From positions 787,101 to 851,100 of the forward strand of contig OZ287696.1 in the NCBI GenBank assembly GCA_965649825.1: a stretch of 64,000 nt of DNA, given 5' to 3'. Position 1 is the first letter of the stretch, and the number at the start of each line of letters is the position of its first letter. This DNA comes from Penicillus capitatus. Lineage: Eukaryota; Plantae; Chlorophyta. This document shows, in pieces, positions 1-11,964 of the stretch. The notes under the pieces were generated by a model. That model worked only from the letters and a program-made list of their open reading frames with translations, searched no databases and was not told where the DNA came from. Both the position numbers and the translations under genes were made by a program.

Positions 1-323
1 TGTATGAGAAGGCGATGACCAGTGCTGCCCGTATTGTACAGCCCATGCGATGGTCACTGTTGAAATGGCTGATTCCAAAGACAACAACAGAGCAACACCC
101 CGTCAAAGGACATACAGTATGTATGCATTGTTCTCGCTGAGTGAGACAGGGTCATTCAATGCAGTTGGGAGAATCCATGGTGTCTTTTGATTGGTGGAGT
201 CTGGTGGTACATGGAAGCATGGTTGCGAGTCTGATGGCATGCACTGGCGTCATGATGCAAACAATAGAGCACGGAGCAAAGGAATCGGTCGCCGTGAGAA
301 GGTTCCCTCTCATCCAAAGATGA
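1..323 (+). CDS. possible 3' end of an unidentified gene entering from the left edge
   Basis: Open frame from base 3 (YEKAMTSAARIVQPMRWSLLKWLIPK...), possible short GT-AG intron ~119-151, then frame to TGA at 323; no recognisable domain. Confidence 0.2.
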
Positions 324-727
324 CCATCCATGTCCGTTCTTTCTGTTGAGCAGGATTTTGACTTGAACTGTTTCGATGAGCTGATTGTCAACGACCAGGA
401 CCGACCGACCGATCGACCTCAAAATGAGGCCTGAGAAATGCATGAGTCAGTTTTGCTGTGTATCTATCGAAGCATCATGAGCATCGCCGACGGTGTGCTC
501 CCGACAGCTGTGTTTATATCGCATCGAAACTGATCTATCTGACGATGAGCTGAAAGTGTGACGACATGATTTGTGGGGTTTCATGCGCGGGTGGGGTGTA
601 CGATAAAGGCGAAGCACGTTTGCTGACGTTTACATACTTTACGCTGCTGTGTAACATCAAACTCTTTTCTTTGAGTGTCATAGCATATGCCCATCCGGTG
701 TGTTCTCTTAACGCGACCGACAGGCTT

Positions 728-2260
728 TCAGGGGCGACCGCGTCGTGGTTGTCGTGCGATCTTTGGCTTTGAGGCTTTACCGTTTTCGATCATGCGCCCC
801 TTGTGCCCTCCTTTCGTCCCAGCAACATCCGTTCCACGATTCAGGATGGCCATTGGATCAGTGAGCTCCTCCGTGACGACCGCACGATTCTGCACTCCGA
901 TCTGATCGCCCCACGGAAGTGCCTTTTCGACATTATTCTGAAAACTTGTTTCCATGGACTGAATCAATGTCCTCTGTGCCTGTGTCGTATAGGCATTCGC
1001 CGCCGTCAGCGATGCCTGCAATACGAGGCCATGTTCACGACCGACGTGCAGACGATCCATCAATCTGTCCATCTTGTCACGTGTGGAATCCAAATCTCGC
1101 TTTCTCTCCGTCACCTCAGCCTTTGCTTCGATAACGGCAGCGGCCGTGATCTCTGCTTGCTGTCTCCATCGTTCCATCTCGTCCGACAGCAGCTTTGTCC
1201 GGATAATGAGCTCCTGTCGAACGCGCTCGAGCTCCAGACCAAGTACGGAGATTCTCTTCTGGTACTCCGTTTCGAGTTTGGCTGTCTCTGCACGCTCAGA
1301 CGCCCGAACGCGTTCCTCTGCCGTTTTCAGGTTCTCAGTCGCTTTCTGCGCCTCCTCTCGCGCTGCAGAAGCTTCTGCATCCAACTGATGGCGCATGTCT
1401 TCCAGTTCTTGACGTTCCTACATCGACACGTCGTCTCTTTTCGCCTTCTCAGGTTTCGATCTAAAGGGCAATACGGATTCTGTTTTGAGGATTTGTTGTT
1501 CGATCTCGGCCTCTCGGTCTTGTTGGCGACGAACGACGGCATCGAACTCTTTCCGCAATTGCAGTTCGTTCTGTAGAGATTCCTCCAGCTGCCGCTCGCA
1601 ATTCTTTCGCGCTTCCTCTTCTGTATGAAGATGACGTTCCATTCGCATCAACATATCTTCCAGTTCCTGCAAGGAGACGATGTGTGCTATACGCGCAGAG
1701 ACAAGGACGTCTACTTTTCTGGCGGCGACCTCTCGCTTGACAGCCTCTTCGAGTTCGGCAATGACGTCTTTCTGTTTCTTGAGTTGCTTTCTGTTGTCTG
1801 CCTCGCTATTGTCCACTGCCTTCGTTATTGATGATCCATTCATAGGTTTCTTCGCCGATGTCGATTGCGCTTCTGCGTGTTCCTCTGCGTCCGCAGTCAC
1901 TTCGTTGTTCCCCGGCTTGTTTTGTTTCGCGTTCGCGTTTGTCTCGACTGTCGACAGGTCTGCGCTTAATTCCGTCGGCGCATCAGGTTGTCGAGGTGGA
2001 AAAGATGGCGGCAGTGATTCGTCAGCCGTTTCTGAATGGGCGACCGGGTTTACAAACGAAACTTCCTGAACTGCATCTGTCTGTGCAGCAGCGTCTAATT
2101 GAAGATCGTCCTCTTCGTTTTCCTGTGAATAAAAGAGTTGGCAAAGAAGTTGGTAAAACAACGCGACGCGACGCGATGCTCCATCGTTCGGCACACGGAT
2201 CAACAACGAAGAGAATTCTTGACGCGCAGAACGAGGAATCGAACAAACGAGGTATACCAT
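728..2260 (-). CDS. coiled-coil protein of unknown function (ends approximate)
   Basis: ORFs 1418-2260 and 728-1396 are in the same frame and are joined by a 57-nt GTATTG...TGTAG intron (1474-1418) that removes the TAG; E/R/K/Q-rich heptad-like sequence. Confidence 0.6.
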
Positions 2261-3034
2261 GACGGCTGTGCTCTTCCTTGCGATTCCGTGGAGGTGTAAA
2301 TGAGCTCAGTCTGTGCAATACAGTGATGAACTGTCGCCGTCCTTAAGCGTTGAGGTTTCTTGGATGGTTCAAATACTTACAAGCGTTTCGATAGAAAGAT
2401 CCACGTAGGACAGGTTGTGGCATTCACGTCACGAGATACGCAACGTATCCCACTCATGCAGACAACAAATCATTTGAAGTTCTGGACAGCGCTCCCAGAC
2501 AGCTCTGTCCAACAATCCTGCTCGTTTAGAGCATAGTCTTGGGAGCAGATGGTGCGAAGGAGTTATCGAGTTCTGGCGAGAAAGATGTCTGAGTAGTCGA
2601 AAGTGGCTTCTTTGTAGAAGAGCCTCACTGTATTTATCAAATTTCGGCACGAGAACAAGTTCTGTGTGACCCAGAAGCTGACAGACACCATTCTTCTCCA
2701 TTCAAAACACGTTTCCTCTTACAAACGGTCATTTTAAGATTCAGAACACAATGCCACTATCGAAGAAGATACTTTTTCAGAGATCGTCAAAATAAGACGA
2801 TCATCGTTTTCTGTGCAGATGAGGCAATCTGCGGCGTTTGCAGAAGGACAACGGCCGTGCAAACATCGAATCGGCGATTGGAAGAGAACGCGTCTGCATG
2901 AACACTGACTGGCACATTAAACTTTTACTGATAATCATGTTCACAGATGTTATCAAGAGAGAGAAGTTCTCGAAACCAAACGAGTGATCCTGGCCACGTA
3001 GCCGCAGTTCGTCCTACAACGACCTCCTTCGTGA

Positions 3035-4344
3035 TCAGCAAGGTGTCAGCGGCAGATCCCATTCGGATGGCAACTCCACGGTGTCTGCCGACCATTTCCA
3101 CAGCTCCTTCGCTGTCTCTATCGAATAGGCATCTTTGTTCGGTCTCTCCGGTCTCGCGTTGGATCCAAAGTATCCAAGATACTTTTGGGATTCGGCAATG
3201 GCACTTTTGGCCGTCGCGCAGTAGACGGTGCAGCGGGAACCTGTACAACGATCGTCAGAATCACGTCCCGTCAGCTGCGATGCGTCGAACCTTCTTCAGG
3301 CGTCAATAGAGCGTAGGCTGTTACGTTTTTGTACAGCCACTGCATGACAGATGGAAGGCTTCTGACCACATCGGTCACGACTTCTCCTGGATGCAGAGAG
3401 TAGATGCTGATGCCGTCCTCCATCGGCAGTCTCCTCTGCAGTTCAGCTCCAAACAGAATCTGCAGGACACGGCGAAGAGGGAGACGTGAGGCGAAATCCT
3501 TCCAATGGAGAAGCAACCATTGCCAACTTGCTCTGTCCGTAAGCTTGATCCGAGCTGTAAGCTCCTGGTTGCTCCATGAGGGGATCGTTCATATCAAGAA
3601 TGCCGACTTCGTGCAGAATCGACACCACGTTGACGATCCTGCAATCTTCTCCCTTTCTTGCCTCCCTTCTAAGGGACGGCAATAGACCCAGCGTCAGCAG
3701 AAATGGACCAAGGTAATTGGTCATCATGTGCTGTTCGACCCCTGCGTCGACGGTCTTTCGGCGACCTACAGCACCATCAAGAAACGACCATCGCGCGACG
3801 CTGTGGAGCGATCATACCGCCGATGTCAAAGATCCCGGCGTTATTGATCAGAACGTGCAACGGTCTCTCAGAGGATCGCCATTTCGACACAAAGTCTCTG
3901 ATGGATTTCAGCTGAGACACGTCGAGCTGCATGATTTCGAGGGACAACGTCGAAAGCCCTTCGCGACGTGCTCGCTCTTCGAAAGAGTGTTTCAGTTTCA
4001 TTCCCTTTTCCACATTACGACAGGCGAGAATGACATGTGCCCCACGCCTCGCCAATTCCCAGGCAGTTGTCGTGCCAATCCCGCTGAGAACAAGTTTTGC
4101 TAAAGGTGTCTCTTAAGTGTGACATCCCACACCTGGTAGGTCCTGTGACGATGATGGTTTTGCCACGAACAGAATCATCGCCGACGTTGTCTAAACTGCC
4201 CAGATGCATGGATCGAAACTTCTGCGAACACCATCGTGCATCTCGAAGCGATGCGTCGATTCGAAAACGGAATCTCACCTGAAAGACGACGTCGAAGAAG
4301 ACAGGAATGTATCGCCATAGACGCTCGAGCGTAAACGCCTTCAT
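3035..4344 (-). CDS. short-chain dehydrogenase/reductase (retinol dehydrogenase-like)
   Basis: Spliced exons give KTIIVTGPT/SGIG (TGxxxGxG), VILACRN, LINNAG, TNYLGPFLLT, RIVNVVS, YGQSK (YxxxK), SLHPGEVVT; GT-AG introns; stop TGA at 3035-3037. Confidence 0.88.
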
Positions 4345-4381
4345 TCGTCAAATGTCACTGTCGAACGCAACACAGGCTCAG

Positions 4382-5798
4382 ATGAAGGCACGAACATGGC
4401 GGTCGCTTCCCTGCGGCAGCGTCACGTGCAGGAGCGCTATTCGCTACCATAGTAGGAATGCGTCTCAAAAGAAACAGAGCGTCAAGTTTTGGGCGAGGAG
4501 ACAGCGTAGGCGCTTTGATATCTTGTTGCTCGTTAGCGAACTGCCAATGTGTGATAGGCTTTATACTTCGATCCTTGAAACCGACAGACCATCGCACAGA
4601 GGAGAAGGAATTCGTTATTGAGTCAGATGAAGTGGCACCAGAGGCTCCTGTCACTGATGCCGAAAATTCACGACTGAGCGTCGTCTACGAGAAACTCATT
4701 GAGCTCTATCGCAGTCGGGAGAGGAACGATTGGAAGAGTCTTATTGGGCTGAGCACCAAATGGTCAGAACTGGCAGAGGGTGTGTTTGAGAGGTAAAATG
4801 GCAGATCATGATCCGGGATGATCTACTTAGACACGCAAAAACAGAATCGAGCAAAAAAGTATCGAAGAAGAGGATCCTGCAAAGAAACTCGAGTGGATGC
4901 AGTTTGGCAAGTCTCTGTTCAATGTTCACAAGGAGGTAGAGCGCTACGATGCTCTCATTGCAAAGTTCACTGCTGCAACGCAATTGGAATGGGAGGCGAT
5001 TGTCTCGGAGCATCGTCCCGAAATGACACTTGCTTTCTTTGAGCACCTCGAACGACGGGTCCTTCTCCAGGAAAACGATCCTGAGAAACAAGAGGAGCTC
5101 AAAACTATGACATCCGCTCTTATATCCATGGTGGAAATGTACGATCAAGCGACTGGAGACCAGGATTCACTGAATTACGCCAAAGACGCTGTGCAGGACG
5201 TTCTCAAAGTACCAAGCAGCGGTTTTTTACCTCTTTGTGTCACATCGTCGATTTTTCAGGCGGAATCGCTGGAAGATGCAACTCGACGGATCGATGAACT
5301 GGGAGAATCGGGAGGGTTGGATGGTGCCTTCATGCTCACAATGGCAAAGATGTTCATTTCTGTCAAGGAATCTCCGTACACTCAAGAAGAGGTAGGACGT
5401 CGTTTGCTCGACTCGACCTCAACTTTCGAGATTTCTGGATGTATCGTTAGACAAAGGATGTCATGCATCATCTCTATATGAAGGCCAAGGAAACAGCGAG
5501 TCGCCAACAGCCTACGGAAGTGCGAATATTGAAACATCTATTGAGCATTGAAGATCCTCTGGTATTGAAGCAAGCCGTTTTCGATGCGTTTGTTCCGGGA
5601 GAAGCGGTCAGTACATCATTGGATTACCTGAGTACCACGCCGGCGGCGCTTCTAAAGACACTGGAGACGCTGCTGACGGCCTTTGATAGCCAGAAGGGCA
5701 AGCACACGGCGTTGGGTGAAACTTCGAGGCTCATGAATCCTGAGGTCATTCAAAAGATGCGAAAACTGGAAGCGTACATTCGGAGAGAGTTCATGTAA
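4382..5798 (+). CDS. conserved green-lineage plastid protein, At4g37920-like
   Basis: Transit-peptide-like N-terminus; C-terminal KDVMHHLYMKAK...PTEVRILKHLLSIEDP...TTPAALLK...LMNPEVIQKMRKLEAYIRREFM resembles the At4g37920 family; about 4 short GT-AG introns. Confidence 0.65.
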
Positions 5799-5809
5799 TT
5801 CTGGAATTT

Positions 5810-6563
5810 CTACAGGTACTGTTTGAGCAAGGTGTGCATGGACTCTGGCATATCCATCGTCAGAATCTGATCATGAAACTCCAGCAACGCCCTTACCTAT
5901 GCACCCGATATCAGGGACTCGGATGTAAGAGAAGGTTAGCTGGCGACGTACTCCCAGTGCATAATGCCCAGCGCGCAATGGATGATGCGTAATCCAACCG
6001 TCTTTCACGAGCGATGCCAACACTGAAGTGCATTCCTGTGGACTCAACTCCAGCGGCGTTTCGAACCCAGGACAGGTGCCCCGTCCAATTCTCAAAGCAT
6101 CTGGCTCAGAGATACAGCCACCATTCTCTGCATCTTCGCCATCTCGTAGAATGACGGTCATCTAACGTCACATCGTTCGTCACATCGATATCCAGTCGAG
6201 GATCCTTGCTCACTCACCATGCGTTGGAAGAAATCCGGTCGTTGAGAGGAGCACTTTTTCGCGAGCGCCTTGGTGACGATATCGTCGCTCTGTTTGTTCA
6301 CCAGTGCCACATAGGCGTTGCCATCGAACTGCAAACGGTGACCAAGATGGCAGGTAGATATTGCGTGGGGCCACGTGGGTTACTGGCGATGTCATGCGTC
6401 GGACTTCGATATCTGCAAATTTCAGATCTTTGTTGATGCGCAGCCGGAGTTGCTCGACGCGATCATCGGCGACGTCGCCCCCCACCGTCCGTAGAAAATC
6501 GCAAACCTGCGTCACTGTTCGGCATCCCTTCTGCAGAAGATACTGCAGCAGTGCCGCTTCCAT
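5810..6563 (-). CDS. NSE1: SMC5/6 non-SMC element 1-like (winged-helix part, no RING)
   Basis: Spliced product ALLQYLLQKGC...RINKDLKFADIEVR / FDGNAYVALVNKQSD / LSPQECTSVLASLVKDGWI..GHYALG / VRALLEF matches NSE1 WH-A/WH-B; three GT-AG introns; TAG at 5810-5812. Confidence 0.7.
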
Positions 6564-6601
6564 TCTCGATCAATGATGAACCCATTGCGTTCTTCTCGCA
6601 A

Positions 6602-7831
6602 ATGTATTGCGTTAGCTTCGCATGCTCCTCGCCGTGCACATCTCTCTCACAAAAACGCGTCTCCCTCCGTGTGGCGTTGCGTCGTCGTGATAGTAGACGG
6701 TTGTTTCGCGCAAGAAACTTGAAGACGAAGAACAGTGCAGGAATGAACGGCACGTCGCGCGACGTCGCGGAAACGACGCGCGCTGAAATAGACGATTTGA
6801 AGCAGCAAGTTCAACGGCTGACAGAACTGGTTTTATCGCAACAGCGACAGCTTACGAGCCAGGAGGAAGAGCTACTGACTTTAAGAAACGAATCCCATGA
6901 AGACGAAGAATCGACTCGAAAGTCCGTCGTCCTATCGCCCCTTCAATCTCAGATACGCGGCTATGGTGACCGTCGCTATTTCGGAGGATTCGATGCGCGT
7001 TTTCATTCAATACACAAGTAAGACGTCGTTTAGAAATGCCACAGCGATGGCTGCTGTAGTGGAGCAACGCCGAGGGACTTTCGTGTCCTCCCCGACCGTA
7101 TTGTCCTCGTGCGTCACGCTCAGTCAGAAGGCAATGTCAATAAACACGTGTACTCTGTTGTACCCGATCGAAAACTTCCATTGACAGAGCTCGGGAAGAC
7201 GCAGGCCGAATGTGCAGGTCTGGTATTGAAGAAAGAGCTCGAGAAAGATGGTGACCCTTTCAAACTCGTTTTTTACATTTCGCCTTATCGTCGATCTTAT
7301 CAGACCTATCAAGGAATCTCCAAGGCTTTTGATTCCGAATCGATCCTTGGCGTCTTTGAGGACGTTCAGCTGAGGGAACAAGACTTTGGCAATTTTCAAG
7401 ATCCAACAGGAAAACGCAGAGAAATGAAAGAGAGATTAGAGTTCGGCAGATTCTTTTATCGCTTCCCCAATGGCGAATCTGGAGCCGATGTGTACGATCG
7501 TATTACCATCTTCGAGGATCACTTGGTGCGAGACATCAATGCAGGACGCTTTGCACAGGGTCACACAAATCTGGTTCTGGTCACACATGGCTTGGCATTG
7601 AGAATTATTTTGATGCGATGGTTTCACTGGACAGTGGATCAGTTTCTCAACGTATACAATCCTGGTAACTGTGAACCGATTGTGCTGGAACGGCTGGTTC
7701 CTCAATCCACCGGCGTTGCTTCGTGGATTCACACCAAGATGCTCTACCGTGTGGCACCGCACTCAGCTCAGTATCTAAACGGCGCTACTCCAGATATGCT
7801 GACTCCTCAATACACTCCTCCGCAAAACTAG
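6602..7831 (+). CDS. histidine phosphatase / phosphoglycerate-mutase-like protein (AT74-like) with probable transit peptide
   Basis: RIVLVRHAQSEGN (RHG-type motif), ISPYRR, LREQDFGNFQ, FFYRFPNGESGADVYDR, LVTHGL; one GT-AG intron near 7018-7068. Confidence 0.87.
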
Positions 7832-7944
7832 GCTCATGTCGAGACGCATTCTCCCATGATTTGATGCGATTTGATGACGTTGATGATGATGTCCTCGGTG
7901 AATGGTATTGGGCTTCCGCTGTGTACGACGACGTTCTGTTTCAG

Positions 7945-8974
7945 ATGCCTTCCTGTGGCCTTGTGCTCTGCCCGCGTTCCTACGTTTTTCGACTACCCTC
8001 TCGATGCGTGCGTCGACGCAGAAGACACATGCGCGCATCGCATGCTGTCGCCGGAGGACGTCGTCTGCGCGTGCAGGCGACGTTAAGTGGTGTCGACGAA
8101 CGTCAACGCCTTCCACGACCCTTTCCCTTTATCGAAACATTTAATCCATACCTGACGACTCTTCCACGCCCGCCACGCGTCGCTGTCGACGTTGATGAAG
8201 TCCTGGGGCAATTTCTCGTCGCGCTGAACGGCTTCTGTGCCGAAGAGTATGGAATGACACATGACGTGAAAGACTATCACGTCTACCACTTTGCGACGGT
8301 TTATCTCGAAAGACAGACGCACATGACTGACAAGAAATCGGGTGTCTAGGTCTGGGGATGCAGTCAAGGAGAGTCCGTAGATATCGTTCATGCTTTTTTC
8401 GAATCTTCGCATTTTCGTGAACTCCCTTTAGTTCCGGGTAAGGTGTGGGAAACGCACGGACTGTGATGCACAAGAAGAGATATACAGGAGCGTTCGAGGC
8501 ACTGTGCAAGCTGCAGAAGTGGTGCGATCTCCATGTGGTGACATCGCGGCAGCACATTATTCGAGACATTACCATCGACTGGCTGACAGAGCATTATCCA
8601 GGAATATTCACGAGCATTCATTTCGGGAATCATTATGCGAGAGAAGGCGCGAGTAAGAAAAAATCAGAGCTGTGCAAGTATCTCCTGTCACATCATCTTG
8701 GCGGCGGCCGACAGCACAGTTGTCGGTGTTATGTAGAGAGATAGATGCGTGCGTCTTAATTGATGATAATCCGGCGTATGCGATGGACTGCGCCTCTTCA
8801 GGCATCGATGTTATTCTGTACAACGACCAAAACAGATATCCGTGGTCACGGATGTCGAAAGAAAACGGACATGAGCGCATCCGTGAGGTGACATCGTGGT
8901 CTGATATACCAGAGATTTTGCGGAGACTATTCAAAGAACAACAGAATGAAGATCAAGCTGTATATGGACAATAA
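7945..8974 (+). CDS. HAD-superfamily 5'(3')-deoxyribonucleotidase-like protein (NT5C family)
   Basis: VAVDVDEVL (DxD motif I), VVTSRQ (motif II), IHFGNH, LIDDN (motif IV); three GT-AG introns; start approximate. Confidence 0.82.
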
Positions 8975-9450
8975 GAGTCTGTCTGCTGTAGCATAGTTCA
9001 TCATCAATCTTTGCGTTTTGAGACGTGGGAGGCCTGTTTGTGGTTGATAATATGAGAGGTTCCGGCATGCCTCAATTCATTACCTCGTACTTGACTAGGC
9101 ACAGTTCTGCGGCTGTGAGTACTGATGTGATCTGGTGACGCTGTTTCATGTTCTGTGGCGCTAAGAAGTGTATTCAACCAAGTCCAATGTGTGATGATGC
9201 TCGTACCATAGTGGCCATAACGCTTTGTGCGACGCCGTTCTCGAATACCACTATCCAGCGGATAAGGTGGCGGCGAATCTTTGTTGTGCGTTAAGCGCAT
9301 TTTGATCATTAGTCGTCCGAAATGACGACGCCAATCTGTTTGCGTCTTTGAACGTCTGTCTATCTATTCGCTTTAATAGTCATTTCTCGCATTTTCGCAT
9401 GGGACAAACGTCTTCATTGTGACAGTAACGGGTGCGGCGTTCGGAATCCG

Positions 9451-10074
9451 ATGAGCAAGAAACGTGGTCTATCCGTCGACGAGAAGCGCAGTCGTCTGTT
9501 GGAAGTCTTTCATGAGTCGGGCGAAGTGTTCGTCCTGAAAGAGGTCGAGAAGCTCGGTGTGAAGAAAGGTATCACGCCTCAAAGTATCAAAGACATCCTG
9601 CAGAGCCTCATCGACGACGATCTGGTGCACCAAGAGAAGATCGGCTCTGCCAACTATTTCTGGTCCTTCCCCTCGGAGGCGTCGGTTTTGTTAGAGATCG
9701 AGATGACGAAGACGCAGCAGACACTCGAAAAGCATCGCACAGAGAAACGCGATATCGAAGAACGTCTTGCGAACGAACGCACAGGGCGTGAGGACTCCGA
9801 GACGCGGCAAGAGAAGCAACGTCAAATGGAAGAGCTAGACGACGACGTCCATCGACTGACGACCGAAATCGAAGCCTATCGCGATCACGATCCAGAAGTG
9901 CTCGCCCAACTGCATCGTGGCGTCGATCAGGCGAAGTCATCGGCGAATCGCTGGTTGGATAATATCTTCGCTCTACAAAGCTGGTGCCGCCGACAGTTTC
10001 CTGGAATGGAAGGGGAGGTAAAGAAGCTGTTCGAACAAAACGGCATTCAAGATGACGTTGATTACATCGACTGA
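9451..10074 (+). CDS. MND1: meiotic nuclear division protein 1
   Basis: Intronless 207-aa ORF: MSKKRGLSVDEKRSRLLEVF, KDILQSLIDDDLVHQEKIGSANYFWSFPS, coiled coil, ANRWLDNIF. Confidence 0.95.
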   Translation: MSKKRGLSVDEKRSRLLEVFHESGEVFVLKEVEKLGVKKGITPQSIKDILQSLIDDDLVHQEKIGSANYFWSFPSEASVLLEIEMTKTQQTLEKHRTEKRDIEERLANERTGREDSETRQEKQRQMEELDDDVHRLTTEIEAYRDHDPEVLAQLHRGVDQAKSSANRWLDNIFALQSWCRRQFPGMEGEVKKLFEQNGIQDDVDYID

Positions 10075-10145
10075 TACAGCCATTTGACCTGCAGTGTGCC
10101 TGTTCCCTTTCCTGGTGCTTTTGTTGGACACGCACACACGGACAC

Positions 10146-10460
10146 ATGATTGAAGTGATATTAAACGACCGGCTTGGAAAGAAAGTCCGCGTCAAGTGCA
10201 AGTCCTCCGACGATTCTCTTCGCCGCGGTCGTTATAGTGTCTCCGTAGCGAGGATGACACAGTGGGTGACTTGAAAAAGCTCGTTGCCGCGCAGACGGGC
10301 ACGCGACCCGAGAAGATTCGCATACAGAAATGGCACATCCGGCACGCTGTGGTCGTGTTCCTGACGAATGGGGTGTAGGTACACCATCTACAAGGATCAT
10401 GTGACGTTAGCAGACTACGAGATTCATGATGGCATGGGTTTGGAATTGTATTACAATTAG
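10146..10460 (+). CDS. UBL5: ubiquitin-like protein 5 (Hub1)
   Basis: Exons 10146-10201, 10249-10332 and 10379-10460 give the 73-aa [73 protein letters not shown]; intron 2 is GC-AG. Confidence 0.96.
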
Positions 10461-11947
10461 AGAGACGTTTGAATCAGCTCAGGTGCCCATTTGGCGAGAA
10501 ACTTTTTCTCCGTTCGTGTCCAATTCTCCCGATAGCCGCGATACTTCTGTGGAACGGTCTTGACATGCCTTGTGCAGAATTCGACGTCCGATTCTCCAAA
10601 GAGCTTCATCAGGGGCCACTCCTTGACCTCCTGGTGCAGCTTCATGTGTCGCAAGAACGCCACACGCGGAAGCACATTCTCCGTCCATGAGCAGACCATG
10701 TACTTGGGATAGGTGAGCAGAACCGAACGATGTCTCTCGAGCTCATTGAAGAGGAAATCCAGCTTGCGTCGCGACGCTGCATCGTAGAGCTTGATGGCAA
10801 GGAGCTCTGGACATCGTACAATCATCACTGTCGTTTCATGTCGACTGAATCCAAGGTTTTTGAGGGTGGCAAGGTTTGGAAGGATATCTTTCTCGGTATC
10901 TAGCCGAAACACTGATGGCGTACGGATGATGATCTTTCGCACCATCTTTGCTTCGGCGTTCAACGTCGCCTCCAAAAAGTTCACCAGGTGACGCAGGTCT
11001 GCTGTCAGACGTCTGTCCAGCAGCGCCGGGCATTCCAGCAACATGTCACGGATCTGACTCTGCGAGACCTGATAATGCACGAGAAAGGAGAGACGCTCTT
11101 GTAGACCGAACAACGTGTGGGACAGAATCTTAGGCGCGTCTCGGATCATCCTGCCCATTTGCGCCGGGCTCATACCGATCAGATTTTGAAAGAGGGAGAT
11201 CAGACTGAGCAGATAAGCTTCATCGATCTTGGAAAGAGCGCCTGGAAAACGCAAAACGATGCGCCTCACATCTGGCAAGGCAATCTTGTAGCGTCCAATA
11301 AGAATGGACACTCCTCGATCGCAACGCGTCTCAAAGTCCTGGTCAAAGACAGACGGATTCTCCCTCGCAATGTACCGCAGATCGCGCACATCCTCGAGCA
11401 CGAATTTCTGTTTCAGGTATTTGAGTGTCCGATCGATGTGTGAAAAGGGAAGGGAGAGGAGCTTCGGTGAGCGATCCAGCATCTGACGCAGCTCGTCGTC
11501 CGATATCGACAGGCTTTCACGCATGCGATCATACCACTGTCGAATGACGGCATGTGTTAAATGGAAAGAACGCGGATTGCGTTCGGCGAATCGCTCAAAG
11601 GCCAATCCTTCGAATCCGAGTCCATGCAGAAACACGCCGACTGCCGTCGAGGCGAACTCTGGACGGAGATTTCTGAGTTGAATGGTCTCTGTCGGTAATG
11701 GACGATTCTTGACTGGCGAGACATCTTGAAAGGAGATCTCTGCAGGAGGATACGTTTTCTTCGGCCGCGTGTCTGGTACCGGAATGAGATCTGTGGAAGA
11801 ATCGTTGAGTAGAGTCTCTTGGAGTTCGCCATCGACCCGTCTTGACGCGACGCTTCGGATCCAACGCGGCCACTCGATCACGACGTCCCGCAGCGAAAGG
11901 GATCGACGCAGCAAAGCCATTCGATTGCGATTGTCCATCTGATGCAT
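10457..11947 (-). CDS. mTERF-family organellar nucleic-acid-binding protein
   Basis: Long intronless ORF with ~30-aa mTERF-like repeats ([64 protein letters not shown]); start uncertain (ORF open to 12118). Confidence 0.8.
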   Translation of the reverse strand: MHQMDNRNRMALLRRSLSLRDVVIEWPRWIRSVASRRVDGELQETLLNDSSTDLIPVPDTRPKKTYPPAEISFQDVSPVKNRPLPTETIQLRNLRPEFASTAVGVFLHGLGFEGLAFERFAERNPRSFHLTHAVIRQWYDRMRESLSISDDELRQMLDRSPKLLSLPFSHIDRTLKYLKQKFVLEDVRDLRYIARENPSVFDQDFETRCDRGVSILIGRYKIALPDVRRIVLRFPGALSKIDEAYLLSLISLFQNLIGMSPAQMGRMIRDAPKILSHTLFGLQERLSFLVHYQVSQSQIRDMLLECPALLDRRLTADLRHLVNFLEATLNAEAKMVRKIIIRTPSVFRLDTEKDILPNLATLKNLGFSRHETTVMIVRCPELLAIKLYDAASRRKLDFLFNELERHRSVLLTYPKYMVCSWTENVLPRVAFLRHMKLHQEVKEWPLMKLFGESDVEFCTRHVKTVPQKYRGYRENWTRTEKKFLAKWAPELIQTSL

Positions 11948-11964
11948 TTCCACACAGACATCAG

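Noticed and set aside
1418-1420. In-frame TAG between two coiled-coil ORFs, suggesting TAG=Gln recoding as in some ulvophytes
   Set aside because: A canonical 57-nt GT-AG intron removes it, and other genes here end in TAG or TAA
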